From IMG/VR virus record IMGVR_UViG_3300045988_090683: a DNA stretch of 40,045 bases. One strand, written 5' to 3'. Position 1 is the first letter of the stretch; the number at the start of each line of letters is the position of its first letter. The position numbers were made by a program, and so were the translations under genes. Under the pieces are notes generated by a model. That model was not told the origin of the DNA and searched no databases. It saw only the letters and a program-made list of their open reading frames with translations. Below are positions 26,206 through 34,488 of the stretch, one piece after another. The stretch is from a virus.

Positions 26206-26589
26206 TTAATATCCCCTTCGTTTTAAATACGTCCATACAGTACTTGTTGCCCTGTTAACACGTAACGCAATATCACTTAATTTAAGGCCTTCTTGTCTTA
26301 ACTTAATAGCCTCATCGACCCATTTTTCAGGCTCCATTCTTGATAATCGCAATTTCTGACCGCATGAACCGCCACATGTTTTACTTACATTTCTTAATCG
26401 ATATGGAACTGTATAAGTTTTACCACATACAGGACATACCTTTTCTACAACGTTACCGGTTGTTTTATCTACGGTATCAAATTTATGTTCTCGTACCCTT
26501 ACAGGTTTACGCTTTGCAGTTTTTACCTTTTCCAATGGATTGGCCTTCCATATCGGCAAGTGCGATAAAAATTGTGGAATATTGTCCAT
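26206..26589 (-). CDS. Zinc-ribbon plus C-terminal HTH DNA-binding protein (hypothetical)
   Basis: CPVCG...CGGSCG Cys pairs, followed by LKLSDIALRVNRATSTVWTYLKRRG, a resolvase/Hin-like HTH. Confidence 0.6.
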   Translation of the reverse strand: MDNIPQFLSHLPIWKANPLEKVKTAKRKPVRVREHKFDTVDKTTGNVVEKVCPVCGKTYTVPYRLRNVSKTCGGSCGQKLRLSRMEPEKWVDEAIKLRQEGLKLSDIALRVNRATSTVWTYLKRRGY

Positions 26590-26591
26590 TG

Positions 26592-27005
26592 CTATTTATC
26601 CTTTCGCTTTAACTCATGCAACGGAGTACCAGCTTCGATTGGTATAATTTCAATTTCAGCCCTAGGCTCCGTTTTATCAACACCAACAATGCGAGAGCCG
26701 TCATAATGCACTATCCATTTATCATCGTCAATTATTTTGGCTTTCGTTAGAATGTCTGATGTAGCTTGTAATAGGCCGACCAAGTCAGGCCAAGATCTTT
26801 TGTCCGGCATGTAATAGCGGCACCGGACATGAACTGGACCACCTACATAAAAACGCTTGCGGTAGAATTGCAACTGTTGTAACGCTAAATTTTCATAATC
26901 GGAATATGCTTTTGATGGTAAGACTTTTGGATATTTCCCAGCATAGACTACTCGCGAACTGTTCTTTTTGGTCGTTGGCCGGCCATATATTACAAGACTA
27001 TTCAT
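26592..27005 (-). CDS. rusA: RusA-family Holliday junction resolvase
   Basis: LVIYGRPTTKKNS ... PDLVGLLQATSDILTKAKIIDDDKWI resembles RusA. ATG 27005 overlaps the upstream stop (ATGAATAG). The track's longer form adds an unlikely leader. Confidence 0.65.
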   Translation of the reverse strand: MNSLVIYGRPTTKKNSSRVVYAGKYPKVLPSKAYSDYENLALQQLQFYRKRFYVGGPVHVRCRYYMPDKRSWPDLVGLLQATSDILTKAKIIDDDKWIVHYDGSRIVGVDKTEPRAEIEIIPIEAGTPLHELKRKDK

Positions 27006-27225
27006 CGCAACATTCGCACCCTCTTTCCTCACCAATATCTGTTGCTTCGGCAATAAGCAAACACATTGCCAAGCCAGCACCCCTGCGTTCTTCTTTGTCT
27101 AATTTTTTTAACATAAGGCACAATGCAGCACCTACATTTGTAATAACATCATCAAGACTATACTTTTCGTTAAAATTAACTTTCGTAATTTTGTTTTTAT
27201 TATCGACTTTAATTTTAATTTTCAT
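26998..27225 (-). CDS. Hypothetical protein (C-terminal CECC motif)
   Basis: 75-aa ORF with a strong SD GGAGGTG 5-6 nt upstream. It is the first gene after the structured intergenic region. Confidence 0.55.
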   Translation of the reverse strand: MKIKIKVDNKNKITKVNFNEKYSLDDVITNVGAALCLMLKKLDKEERRGAGLAMCLLIAEATDIGEERGCECCDE

Positions 27226-27355
27226 GTTTACACCTCCATGTGTATAACTTTTATTTTTTAATTTGAGCTACGTAGCATGCTCGCTATGATGTCTGTAATT
27301 ATTCGTCTAGGTATTTTATCACTAGCGATATAAAATCACTTTGTAGCTCAAATAA

Positions 27356-28090
27356 TTAAATTTCACTATTATTTAAAGGCTTGCGATTTGACTCGCCTTT
27401 AAATCGTAATAAGAATGACGTTTCTTTTAGTCTGTCATATACTCGACCGTCATAACTTGATTTGATTTGAGCTACCGTTAAATTGGTAGTAATAATGGTT
27501 GATTTTCTATCTCCCACCCTGTCCGATATGATGGATTCAACCTTATTTGCTACCCAAGCATTACTATATTCGGCCCCAAAATCATCTAATACTAATAACG
27601 GTATATTGCGAATACGATTTTCAAATTTTATATAGTGTTCCGTTGGCCCTTTACTTAATGTTAGTAAGGTGTCGAGCAAACTAATCATTGAAATAATGTA
27701 GCCATTGTAACCTTGTTCAATCGCCCTTCGTAATATGCTGACAGCTATCGAAGTCTTTCCAGTTCCTACAGGGCCTAATAAGATCAACCCTCGACCATTA
27801 GTGATATGGTCTCGTATATGAGCCCCATATTTGTAAGCCTGGTTATATACTTCCCTATCTTCAACTGGAGCGCCTAAGGCCTTTAACCTATCAAATGTCA
27901 TGTCATTATATCGACCTTTAATGCCGTATTGTTCTAAATTTGATGATGTGCTTTTAATGACTACCGGTTCAGAATAAACAGGGTAATACACTTCAAATCC
28001 ATTCGCCTGTCTCTTTGGACCAGTCAACTTCCGTTCCGTCAGTTTTTGTTTGAGTTTTTCTAGTTCCGCCCCCACGTTTATTGGTTCCAT
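27356..28090 (-). CDS. DnaC/IstB-like AAA+ helicase loader
   Basis: Walker A GPVGTGKTS and Walker B LLVLDDFGAEY. It follows the replisome organiser gene. Confidence 0.85.
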   Translation of the reverse strand: MEPINVGAELEKLKQKLTERKLTGPKRQANGFEVYYPVYSEPVVIKSTSSNLEQYGIKGRYNDMTFDRLKALGAPVEDREVYNQAYKYGAHIRDHITNGRGLILLGPVGTGKTSIAVSILRRAIEQGYNGYIISMISLLDTLLTLSKGPTEHYIKFENRIRNIPLLVLDDFGAEYSNAWVANKVESIISDRVGDRKSTIITTNLTVAQIKSSYDGRVYDRLKETSFLLRFKGESNRKPLNNSEI

Positions 28091-28910
28091 TCGCTTGGTT
28101 CACCTCCTTTTTTAAATTACCAGCCGCTACTGTTTCGACGTACTTAATACTGTTACCGCCATTTTCTGCAGTTGTATTAACAGCCACAATGACACGTTCA
28201 CTGCCATACGTTTCGACCAGATCATCAAGTCGTTCTTTTATAACAGGGGATATATCGCCAATCGACTTCATGTATAATTCGTAAACAGCCTTATTATTTT
28301 GTTTTTCATTTTCAAACATAGATAGAGGATTTTCGATATTTGTTTCGCGCGTTCCTTCTCTCTCTCTAATATCTTTTATATTATTTTCTTTTATATTATT
28401 AGCTAGACTTGCTAGGTTTTGCTTAGCACCTGCTAGCAAGTGCTTAGCACTTGCTACATTTTGCTTAGCATTTTTTGATTTCGCTAGACCTCCTAAACGC
28501 CCAGCCTGTCTACGTTTTTCGCGCAACTCGCAATTTTTTGCTTCCCTTAAATTTACGCGTTTTAGCATGCCTGGCGACCAAAAATACTCGCCATCTGTTT
28601 CTAGCAAATTGCAATCTTCGACAAGCGATTTTATGAAAATTTCTAGCAACTTAGCATTGCTAGCACTTGCTACATTTGCTAAGCAAGTGCTAAATTTTGC
28701 TGTTTCTGGATTAATCTCCATGACGATTGAAAGCCCCAAGAATGTAACTTTGTTACACGGCAATTTATTGTCGTTAGCCTCTGCTAATTTCTCCAGCAAG
28801 ATCCACCACCATGCATATGAAATTATTCCATGAATATTTATCATGATTGCAATCTTAGGGTCTGCTAAAGTATTAATATCATGGCTAAAATACGTTTTAA
28901 CAAATGCCAT
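27993..28910 (-). CDS. Replisome organiser / DnaD-domain replication initiation protein
   Basis: The N-terminal FSHDINTLADPKIAIMI...YAWWWILLEKL matches the phage replisome-organiser N-domain. The C-terminal part is DnaD/DnaB_2-like (YELYMKSIGDISPVIKERL). An iteron cluster lies inside the gene. Confidence 0.8.
   Translation of the reverse strand: MAFVKTYFSHDINTLADPKIAIMINIHGIISYAWWWILLEKLAEANDNKLPCNKVTFLGLSIVMEINPETAKFSTCLANVASASNAKLLEIFIKSLVEDCNLLETDGEYFWSPGMLKRVNLREAKNCELREKRRQAGRLGGLAKSKNAKQNVASAKHLLAGAKQNLASLANNIKENNIKDIREREGTRETNIENPLSMFENEKQNNKAVYELYMKSIGDISPVIKERLDDLVETYGSERVIVAVNTTAENGGNSIKYVETVAAGNLKKEVNQANGTNKRGGGTRKTQTKTDGTEVDWSKETGEWI
28402..28490. repeat. Iteron-like repeat cluster (probable phage origin) inside the replisome organiser gene
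   Basis: TGCTTAGCA occurs at 28420, 28441 and 28462 (exact 21-bp phasing). Related TGCTAGCA/GCTAGAC units are also present, and an AT-rich stretch lies at about 28371-28400. A second cluster at 28658-28700 includes the inverted copy TGCTAAGCA and a 17-nt repeat of 28445-28461. Confidence 0.6.
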
Positions 28911-28920
28911 TCTTTACCCC

Positions 28921-29115
28921 CTAATAAAATAATTCGTCATGTTCTAGGCCTAGCACCTTACACCACATAAAACGCTTTTTATCAAATGCTATTGGCTTTC
29001 CACTTAGATATAAGACAAGTGATTTTGGAATCGTTTGAGACTTGTTAGAAAATTGCATAAGTGTTAAATGTTTGTCCTCCAAGGCCTTAATGAATACATC
29101 GAATTTAACTCGCAC
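28921..29115 (-). CDS. Hypothetical small protein
   Basis: 64-aa ORF starting at GTG, with SD GGGGTGA 4 nt upstream. Confidence 0.5.
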   Translation of the reverse strand: MRVKFDVFIKALEDKHLTLMQFSNKSQTIPKSLVLYLSGKPIAFDKKRFMWCKVLGLEHDELFY

Positions 29116-29119
29116 AATA

Positions 29120-29836
29120 TCACCCCTTTTCTTGATGTACGATTACCAACTTGCCAGTTGCAGCTTGTACAGTTTTTTTGAAGCACTCTTCATTCGAATT
29201 CTCATTAGACAGGTGGATAAGGTGAATGGCCTTACATTGCGAAAGATCCATTGACCGTAAAAACTTTATGACGTTTTCAAGTGCAAAGTGGGACTGAATA
29301 AGCCGTTCCATTCGTTGCTTACTTAACTCATCTTGTTCAACTCTTTGTTTAAGTAGCTCATACGAATGATTGCACTCAACAACTATGTGATGAACACCTT
29401 TAAACGTATATTTGCAATAGTACGTATCGGTGATATACAGTATTTTTTCTTCGCCATCTGTTATCAAATACCCAACGTTAGGTACATCATGTTGAAGCTC
29501 AAATGGTAATACTGTAAACACCCCCAGTTTGAATGATTTTTTAGGGCTTATCTCAACCCATGAATGCTCGTCTATCACATGCAAGGCATCGGCCGTTTCT
29601 CGTAGCATATATATTTTGTGTCCAAGTTTTAACATATCAGCAACAGCCCTTGAATGGTCGCCATGTTGGTGAGTAACTAAAGCACCTAACAAATGTATGA
29701 AGTTGTACTTGCAAGCCCTTTGGATTGCTTTAAATGGCAACCCTACATCGAGAAGTAATTCATCGCCGTTTACACTGCTTTTTATGCGGTAGCAGTTGCC
29801 AGCCGAACTGCTACCATAACATTCGATACTAATCAT
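29120..29836 (-). CDS. Metallo-beta-lactamase-fold hydrolase (YycJ/PhnP-like)
   Basis: THQHGDHS (HxHxDH), ELQHD, ITDTYY, ECNH and HLSNENS motifs in MBL order. There is an ATGA overlap with the RecT-like gene. Confidence 0.8.
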   Translation of the reverse strand: MISIECYGSSSAGNCYRIKSSVNGDELLLDVGLPFKAIQRACKYNFIHLLGALVTHQHGDHSRAVADMLKLGHKIYMLRETADALHVIDEHSWVEISPKKSFKLGVFTVLPFELQHDVPNVGYLITDGEEKILYITDTYYCKYTFKGVHHIVVECNHSYELLKQRVEQDELSKQRMERLIQSHFALENVIKFLRSMDLSQCKAIHLIHLSNENSNEECFKKTVQAATGKLVIVHQEKG

Positions 29837-30543
29837 GACTTGAACATTTCATCAGCATTAATGACTTCGCCGGTTTCAGCGTCTACGAATGTAGGTGTGC
29901 TGGGTTCTACATCAATCACTTCGCTATTTGCATTGTGTTCGATAGTAGTTGTTACATCGTCCATAACATCACTGACGTTACCTTCTACGTCTATAATTTC
30001 ATCAGTAGTTTGTAGTCCCATACTAATTTCCGGGGCTGTTGTGCGGATCAACCAAGCTGCAGCCCTATAACGTAACATTTGGTCTGGCATTGTTTTCCAT
30101 TTACTCCCCTTTTTGTCGTACCAGCCTTCTTGCTTAGCAATTAAGATAGTAACTTCTGGACCTTGTATAATTTCATCGCTACCCTTTTCTCGAGTGTAGG
30201 CGATAATACCTTGGCTATCGGTTCCCTTCTTCCCAGTTTCCTTGTACTTGATAGCCTCAAAACGTCCGCATTGATTAAATGTAGCTATCAAAAATTTACT
30301 AGACCAGCCTGGATTGCCATAAACGATATATAAGTTTTGCATAACCATTAAAGGTGATGCATTCATACGTTGAGCCATTTCCAATGCAATAATAGCGTTC
30401 CCAAAGTTTTGTTCGCCTTGGAATTGTTGCGGTACTAAAGATGAACCGCAAAACATTTTTGCCTGACGTTGTAAAAGCTCAAATCCTTCCGCAGATTGAA
30501 AACCTGGTAATGATGGTTTGTTGATAGCAACTTCTTTTGACAT
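29833..30543 (-). CDS. Single-strand annealing recombinase (RecT/Bet-like)
   Basis: AIIALEMAQRMNASPLMVMQNLYIV.G.PGWS ... W.TMPDQMLRYRAAAWLIRT parallels the lambda Bet/RecT pattern (..MLRHKA..). SD is AGGAGG. Confidence 0.65.
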   Translation of the reverse strand: MSKEVAINKPSLPGFQSAEGFELLQRQAKMFCGSSLVPQQFQGEQNFGNAIIALEMAQRMNASPLMVMQNLYIVYGNPGWSSKFLIATFNQCGRFEAIKYKETGKKGTDSQGIIAYTREKGSDEIIQGPEVTILIAKQEGWYDKKGSKWKTMPDQMLRYRAAAWLIRTTAPEISMGLQTTDEIIDVEGNVSDVMDDVTTTIEHNANSEVIDVEPSTPTFVDAETGEVINADEMFKS

Positions 30544-30553
30544 GGTTTACCTC

Positions 30554-32458
30554 CTAGATCTTTGTTAGTGTTTTGAAATCAGCGTCTACAACCAGTTTGA
30601 TTGTCTGACTATTACACTTGATAAAATCTGTTACAGCCTCAGCATTATCAATAAATACTGGCGCAGTAACGTTATAAAACTTGGTTAATGCATTAATAAT
30701 GTCAAGCCCTACATTCATACGAGCCGCATTATTCATGCTATGGTATGGAACACCTTTATAAGTGGTCTCGCAGCACTCTTCGATATTTCCATTGACTAGC
30801 ACGTTAAACATTTTGAAGCGAGCGTATTCAAAATGACTGTTAATGGATTGTTCCAATAAATCGACTTTTGTTTTTACAAACTCGTCAATCAAGAATGATG
30901 TTTCATCTAGTAAATTCTTTTCCTCAGCCAGCTTTTGTCGCTGTGCTTCCAACTCTGCTATACGTATATCAATATCGCCTGCCATTTTAAATTTATTGAG
31001 CTCTGTTTCTAGTGCCAACTTTTTCGACTTTAATTCCTTCAAATCTGTATCAATTTTTAAAAGTTTATTGTCGTCAGCTTCATTGCCGTCGTCTAGCTCG
31101 AGAATAAATAGTTCCGCTTTTAAATCTTTATATACTGAATCATCTTCAATGTTAGGTTCTTGCAGTTCCTCATAATTCTTGAATTGACTGTCATATTCTT
31201 TTTGCTTATCAGCAATTTGATTCGTTAATCCGTCAACCTTTACAGCCATAATGTCTTGCTGTTCCATGTATGATTGCTTCATAGCTTTTGCACTATCAAT
31301 CAATTTTTGCCATTCTTCAAGATTTGTAGATTTTTGAGTGTTAAATATAGTCTCGAGCTCTGCACGCTTTTCATCTGGATACGGTTGCCCACAAGTAGGG
31401 CAATTTACAGTGTCAAATTTCTGATTATTAAACGAATTAAACTCATCTTGCAACTTTTCAATTCGTTTGTTTTCTAGGTCTATATCTCTGTTTAAATCAT
31501 TGTGTCTGTCGTAGTATCTATCACGTTCAGCCTCTAATGATTTTAATTGCATTAGCGATAACTCATAGTTAGACCGTAACGCCTGTTTATCTTTTTTATA
31601 GTCAGATAATACTTCTGACCGTCTTGCCTCTAATTGACGATTAATTTCACGCATTTTAGATTGCTTTTCTGTAGCTTCAAAACCATTATTGATAATAGCT
31701 TTTTCTTTTTCTAACTCATCAATACCATTCAATATGACTTGAATGTCTTGAGTTAGTTTTGTTTTATCTGATACAATTTCAGGTTTATTTCTTACAGCCT
31801 CATCAATACGAATAGGTATCATATCCAACTCTTTATTGATAGCTGTCTTTTTAGCTACTACAATTTTCTTTTGTTCTTCGACAGTATGTCCGTTTAACAA
31901 TTGCGCTAATCGTTTAAGATCATCACGACTATTGATTACGCTTTCATCATCAATATCGCCACACATTTCGAGCAGTAATTTGCGTCTGTTTTGCCAGCTG
32001 TACTGCTCATTGAAATATAGTGGGTTGGTAATTAACTTAAATACGTCCTCATTAATCATGTTATTGATAAATGCTTTATATTCTTTTTCTTTGACCGGTA
32101 CTTCATTAATGAAGTAATCAGTCGTATGTCCAGTTAGTTTTGTTTCGCCACCGCGAGGATTGCTATATTTCTCGCGATATACTCGTTTTAATACAAAGCT
32201 GGTGCCATCATCATTACTGAACGTTGCTTCCACTTCATGATTGACATTATGAAGTGGTTCACCATTTACAAGCGTTTTTATTTCAAAATCCGCTCTATCT
32301 AGGCTATCCTTGCCAAACAATAACCAACATAAACTATCAAATATAGTTGTTTTACCGGTGGCATTATCACCATATATGGAAGCGTCATTGCCATCGAATT
32401 CAAAATTTATAAATTTAATTCCTTTGAAGTTATTTAACATTATTTCACTTAATTTCAT
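30554..32458 (-). CDS. Rad50/SbcC-like SMC-family ATPase with a CxxC zinc hook
   Basis: The N-terminal Walker A is GDNATGKTTIFDSL. A long central coiled coil is interrupted by NCPTCGQP (31391-31402). The C-terminal Walker B-like motif is PVFIDNAEA. Confidence 0.75.
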   Translation of the reverse strand: MKLSEIMLNNFKGIKFINFEFDGNDASIYGDNATGKTTIFDSLCWLLFGKDSLDRADFEIKTLVNGEPLHNVNHEVEATFSNDDGTSFVLKRVYREKYSNPRGGETKLTGHTTDYFINEVPVKEKEYKAFINNMINEDVFKLITNPLYFNEQYSWQNRRKLLLEMCGDIDDESVINSRDDLKRLAQLLNGHTVEEQKKIVVAKKTAINKELDMIPIRIDEAVRNKPEIVSDKTKLTQDIQVILNGIDELEKEKAIINNGFEATEKQSKMREINRQLEARRSEVLSDYKKDKQALRSNYELSLMQLKSLEAERDRYYDRHNDLNRDIDLENKRIEKLQDEFNSFNNQKFDTVNCPTCGQPYPDEKRAELETIFNTQKSTNLEEWQKLIDSAKAMKQSYMEQQDIMAVKVDGLTNQIADKQKEYDSQFKNYEELQEPNIEDDSVYKDLKAELFILELDDGNEADDNKLLKIDTDLKELKSKKLALETELNKFKMAGDIDIRIAELEAQRQKLAEEKNLLDETSFLIDEFVKTKVDLLEQSINSHFEYARFKMFNVLVNGNIEECCETTYKGVPYHSMNNAARMNVGLDIINALTKFYNVTAPVFIDNAEAVTDFIKCNSQTIKLVVDADFKTLTKI

Positions 32459-32467
32459 TGCGTCCCC

Positions 32468-34120
32468 CTAGCTTACTTGTGCTTGAATATCTACTGTTAC
32501 CGGTTCAATCTTTAACTGATTAGCCCATGTTAAAACAGTGTTATTGACGTCTTTATTTTTAGAAACACATTGATTGCCAAACAATTTTGCCTGTACCAAC
32601 TTTGTGAATTTTTCTTTACTGTCGATATCTTTTGTTAATTCAAGACACGCTACAGGTTTCATGTTATCGTCTGTTACAACCACAATTGCTGTGTTCCCTT
32701 TCATTACTCTATCTTTATAAGATCCCACGCAGTTTTTAAGCTGCTTACCGATTATCATTAAATCTGCCGCAGTCTTCGGAACTACAAAATGCATTCCGTT
32801 TACGTCAGCATTTAGTGCTGGTATAGCTGGCAAATTAACATCGCCATACTCTTGCTTGTTATATACATTGATAAGCTCGGCATGTAATGCTTTTAGTTTG
32901 AACTTTTTGCCCCAAAACTTATCTCGATATTTGAGTATTAACTCGGAATACATTCTTACGCAGTCCTCAATGTCTCGGAAGTCCTCGGACAATATCCAAC
33001 GCAATGCAGCAGGCTCGCCATATCTAGCAATCATTATTTGCCAAAACTCTTTTGAACCATAGATATGTAATTTCATCGATTTTCTAATATCCTTAGCGCA
33101 ATGGACTTTGCCAGTGTATTTATACTTTTCATCATCAGGAAGGTTATGACGATTTAAATCAACAATCGTACGCCTGCAATTTTCATCTTTAAATAGACTT
33201 AATACGTTGGATAGTACTACCGACATAGGATTTTTTGCCATAGCCCTACGTAATGCCTTGCTGTTAGGTGATTTATAAACAGTCCGCAAAGCCTCTTGAA
33301 AGTTCATTCCTTTTTTTGTTAAATCCAATACATCACTATCAAATGGAATAGATGTAATTAATCTTGAATAGTAATCGTTCCAGTAGTCAGCCCCTCGTTG
33401 AATACTTATAACGTTTGGCATATCTGGTGCTGATAGTTTCAAGATCATGTTTAACAGCATAGAAAAGTGGTAGCCGTTATCTTCATTAAAAGATGGTGCT
33501 ATATATACATCACTAGTGGAATACCCATAAGCCTTTTTAATCCTACGTTCAAATGCTAATCGCAAAGACCTGAACACATTATTTAGTGGTTTCCTATTAA
33601 TGTCATGCATGGCATAAGATTTACCTAGATAAGTTAGTACTTCCATGACTCTTTTATGGTGTATATATTCGGGCGTAAGTTCATGCTTATCGCGATTATA
33701 GTCAGTATAGGCGGCTTTTTTTCTTTTAAAATCAAATCGTAACGTTTCTTTGCGAATGCCTTCATCAATAAAGGTGCCATCATATCGCATGGTAATAGCC
33801 CTATACGTAAATCGTAAGTCGAGATAATTTTTAAACTCTACAACATCGGCCCAAACTTCTAACGGTATAAGGCTTTCATCATCACGCACGAATAAGATTT
33901 TGTTTCTAAATGGTTCACTATGTACGCCACAATTAGGACATGTGAAGTACTTTGCAGCAGTTGTATAACCATAACTGTAACTATATTTACGTTTCCATTT
34001 ACCACCGAAAGCAAAGTTGCAATCGGTATGGTAAATAGTAGTGAATAGTGCATCGTAGCCATTTTCTAAAATCACACTGTCAAACATTCTAGGGATATAT
34101 ACCCTTGCTAATATGTCCAT
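32468..34120 (-). CDS. Large hypothetical early protein (N-terminal CPNCG Zn-ribbon-like motif; C-terminal PcfJ-like region)
   Basis: 550 aa. The C-terminal LMIIGKQLKNCVGSYKDRVMKGNTAIVVV resembles my recollection of the PcfJ-like family signature. No catalytic motif was recognised. Confidence 0.6.
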   Translation of the reverse strand: MDILARVYIPRMFDSVILENGYDALFTTIYHTDCNFAFGGKWKRKYSYSYGYTTAAKYFTCPNCGVHSEPFRNKILFVRDDESLIPLEVWADVVEFKNYLDLRFTYRAITMRYDGTFIDEGIRKETLRFDFKRKKAAYTDYNRDKHELTPEYIHHKRVMEVLTYLGKSYAMHDINRKPLNNVFRSLRLAFERRIKKAYGYSTSDVYIAPSFNEDNGYHFSMLLNMILKLSAPDMPNVISIQRGADYWNDYYSRLITSIPFDSDVLDLTKKGMNFQEALRTVYKSPNSKALRRAMAKNPMSVVLSNVLSLFKDENCRRTIVDLNRHNLPDDEKYKYTGKVHCAKDIRKSMKLHIYGSKEFWQIMIARYGEPAALRWILSEDFRDIEDCVRMYSELILKYRDKFWGKKFKLKALHAELINVYNKQEYGDVNLPAIPALNADVNGMHFVVPKTAADLMIIGKQLKNCVGSYKDRVMKGNTAIVVVTDDNMKPVACLELTKDIDSKEKFTKLVQAKLFGNQCVSKNKDVNNTVLTWANQLKIEPVTVDIQAQVS

Positions 34121-34132
34121 AGTGCACCGCCT

Positions 34133-34459
34133 TTAATCGAACATATCAAAAATGTCTGTTTCTTCTTCCACTTTTTCAGCCTCAACAACTGGAACTGGTT
34201 TAGGTTCTTTTTTCTTTGTGGAAGTCTTTGGTTTTTCTTCTGTCTTTTTACTATCTTCAGCTGTCTTTTTACTGTCCTTTTCGACAAGTTTTATAGCTTT
34301 TATGATAGTTTCTGAAACACTGATATTCGTTTCGCAAAAATCTATAGCACGTTGATACAAGATAACGTTTGCTGGATCTAATTCTATTGCCTTTTGTAGT
34401 ACCTCGATTTGAGGTACTACATTGTCGATTACTACTTTATAACTATTAACATTAGCCAT
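34133..34459 (-). CDS. Hypothetical early protein with a K/E-rich linker and acidic C-terminal tip DIFDMFD
   Basis: 108-aa ORF with SD AAGGAG 9 nt upstream. It contains a tandem DSKKT(A/E)E repeat. Confidence 0.6.
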   Translation of the reverse strand: MANVNSYKVVIDNVVPQIEVLQKAIELDPANVILYQRAIDFCETNISVSETIIKAIKLVEKDSKKTAEDSKKTEEKPKTSTKKKEPKPVPVVEAEKVEEETDIFDMFD

Positions 34460-34488
34460 GTTCCTATTCTCCTTCGCTTACCTATCAA

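Noticed and set aside
30554-34120. The SMC/Rad50-like ATPase plus the large unknown protein as a Lamassu- or Wadjet-type defence module
   Set aside because: These genes lie in the same tightly packed early transcription unit as the RecT-like, MBL, DnaD-like and DnaC-like genes. No recognisable effector (nuclease, TIR, sirtuin and so on) or kleisin-like partner was seen. This cannot be formally excluded without profile searches.
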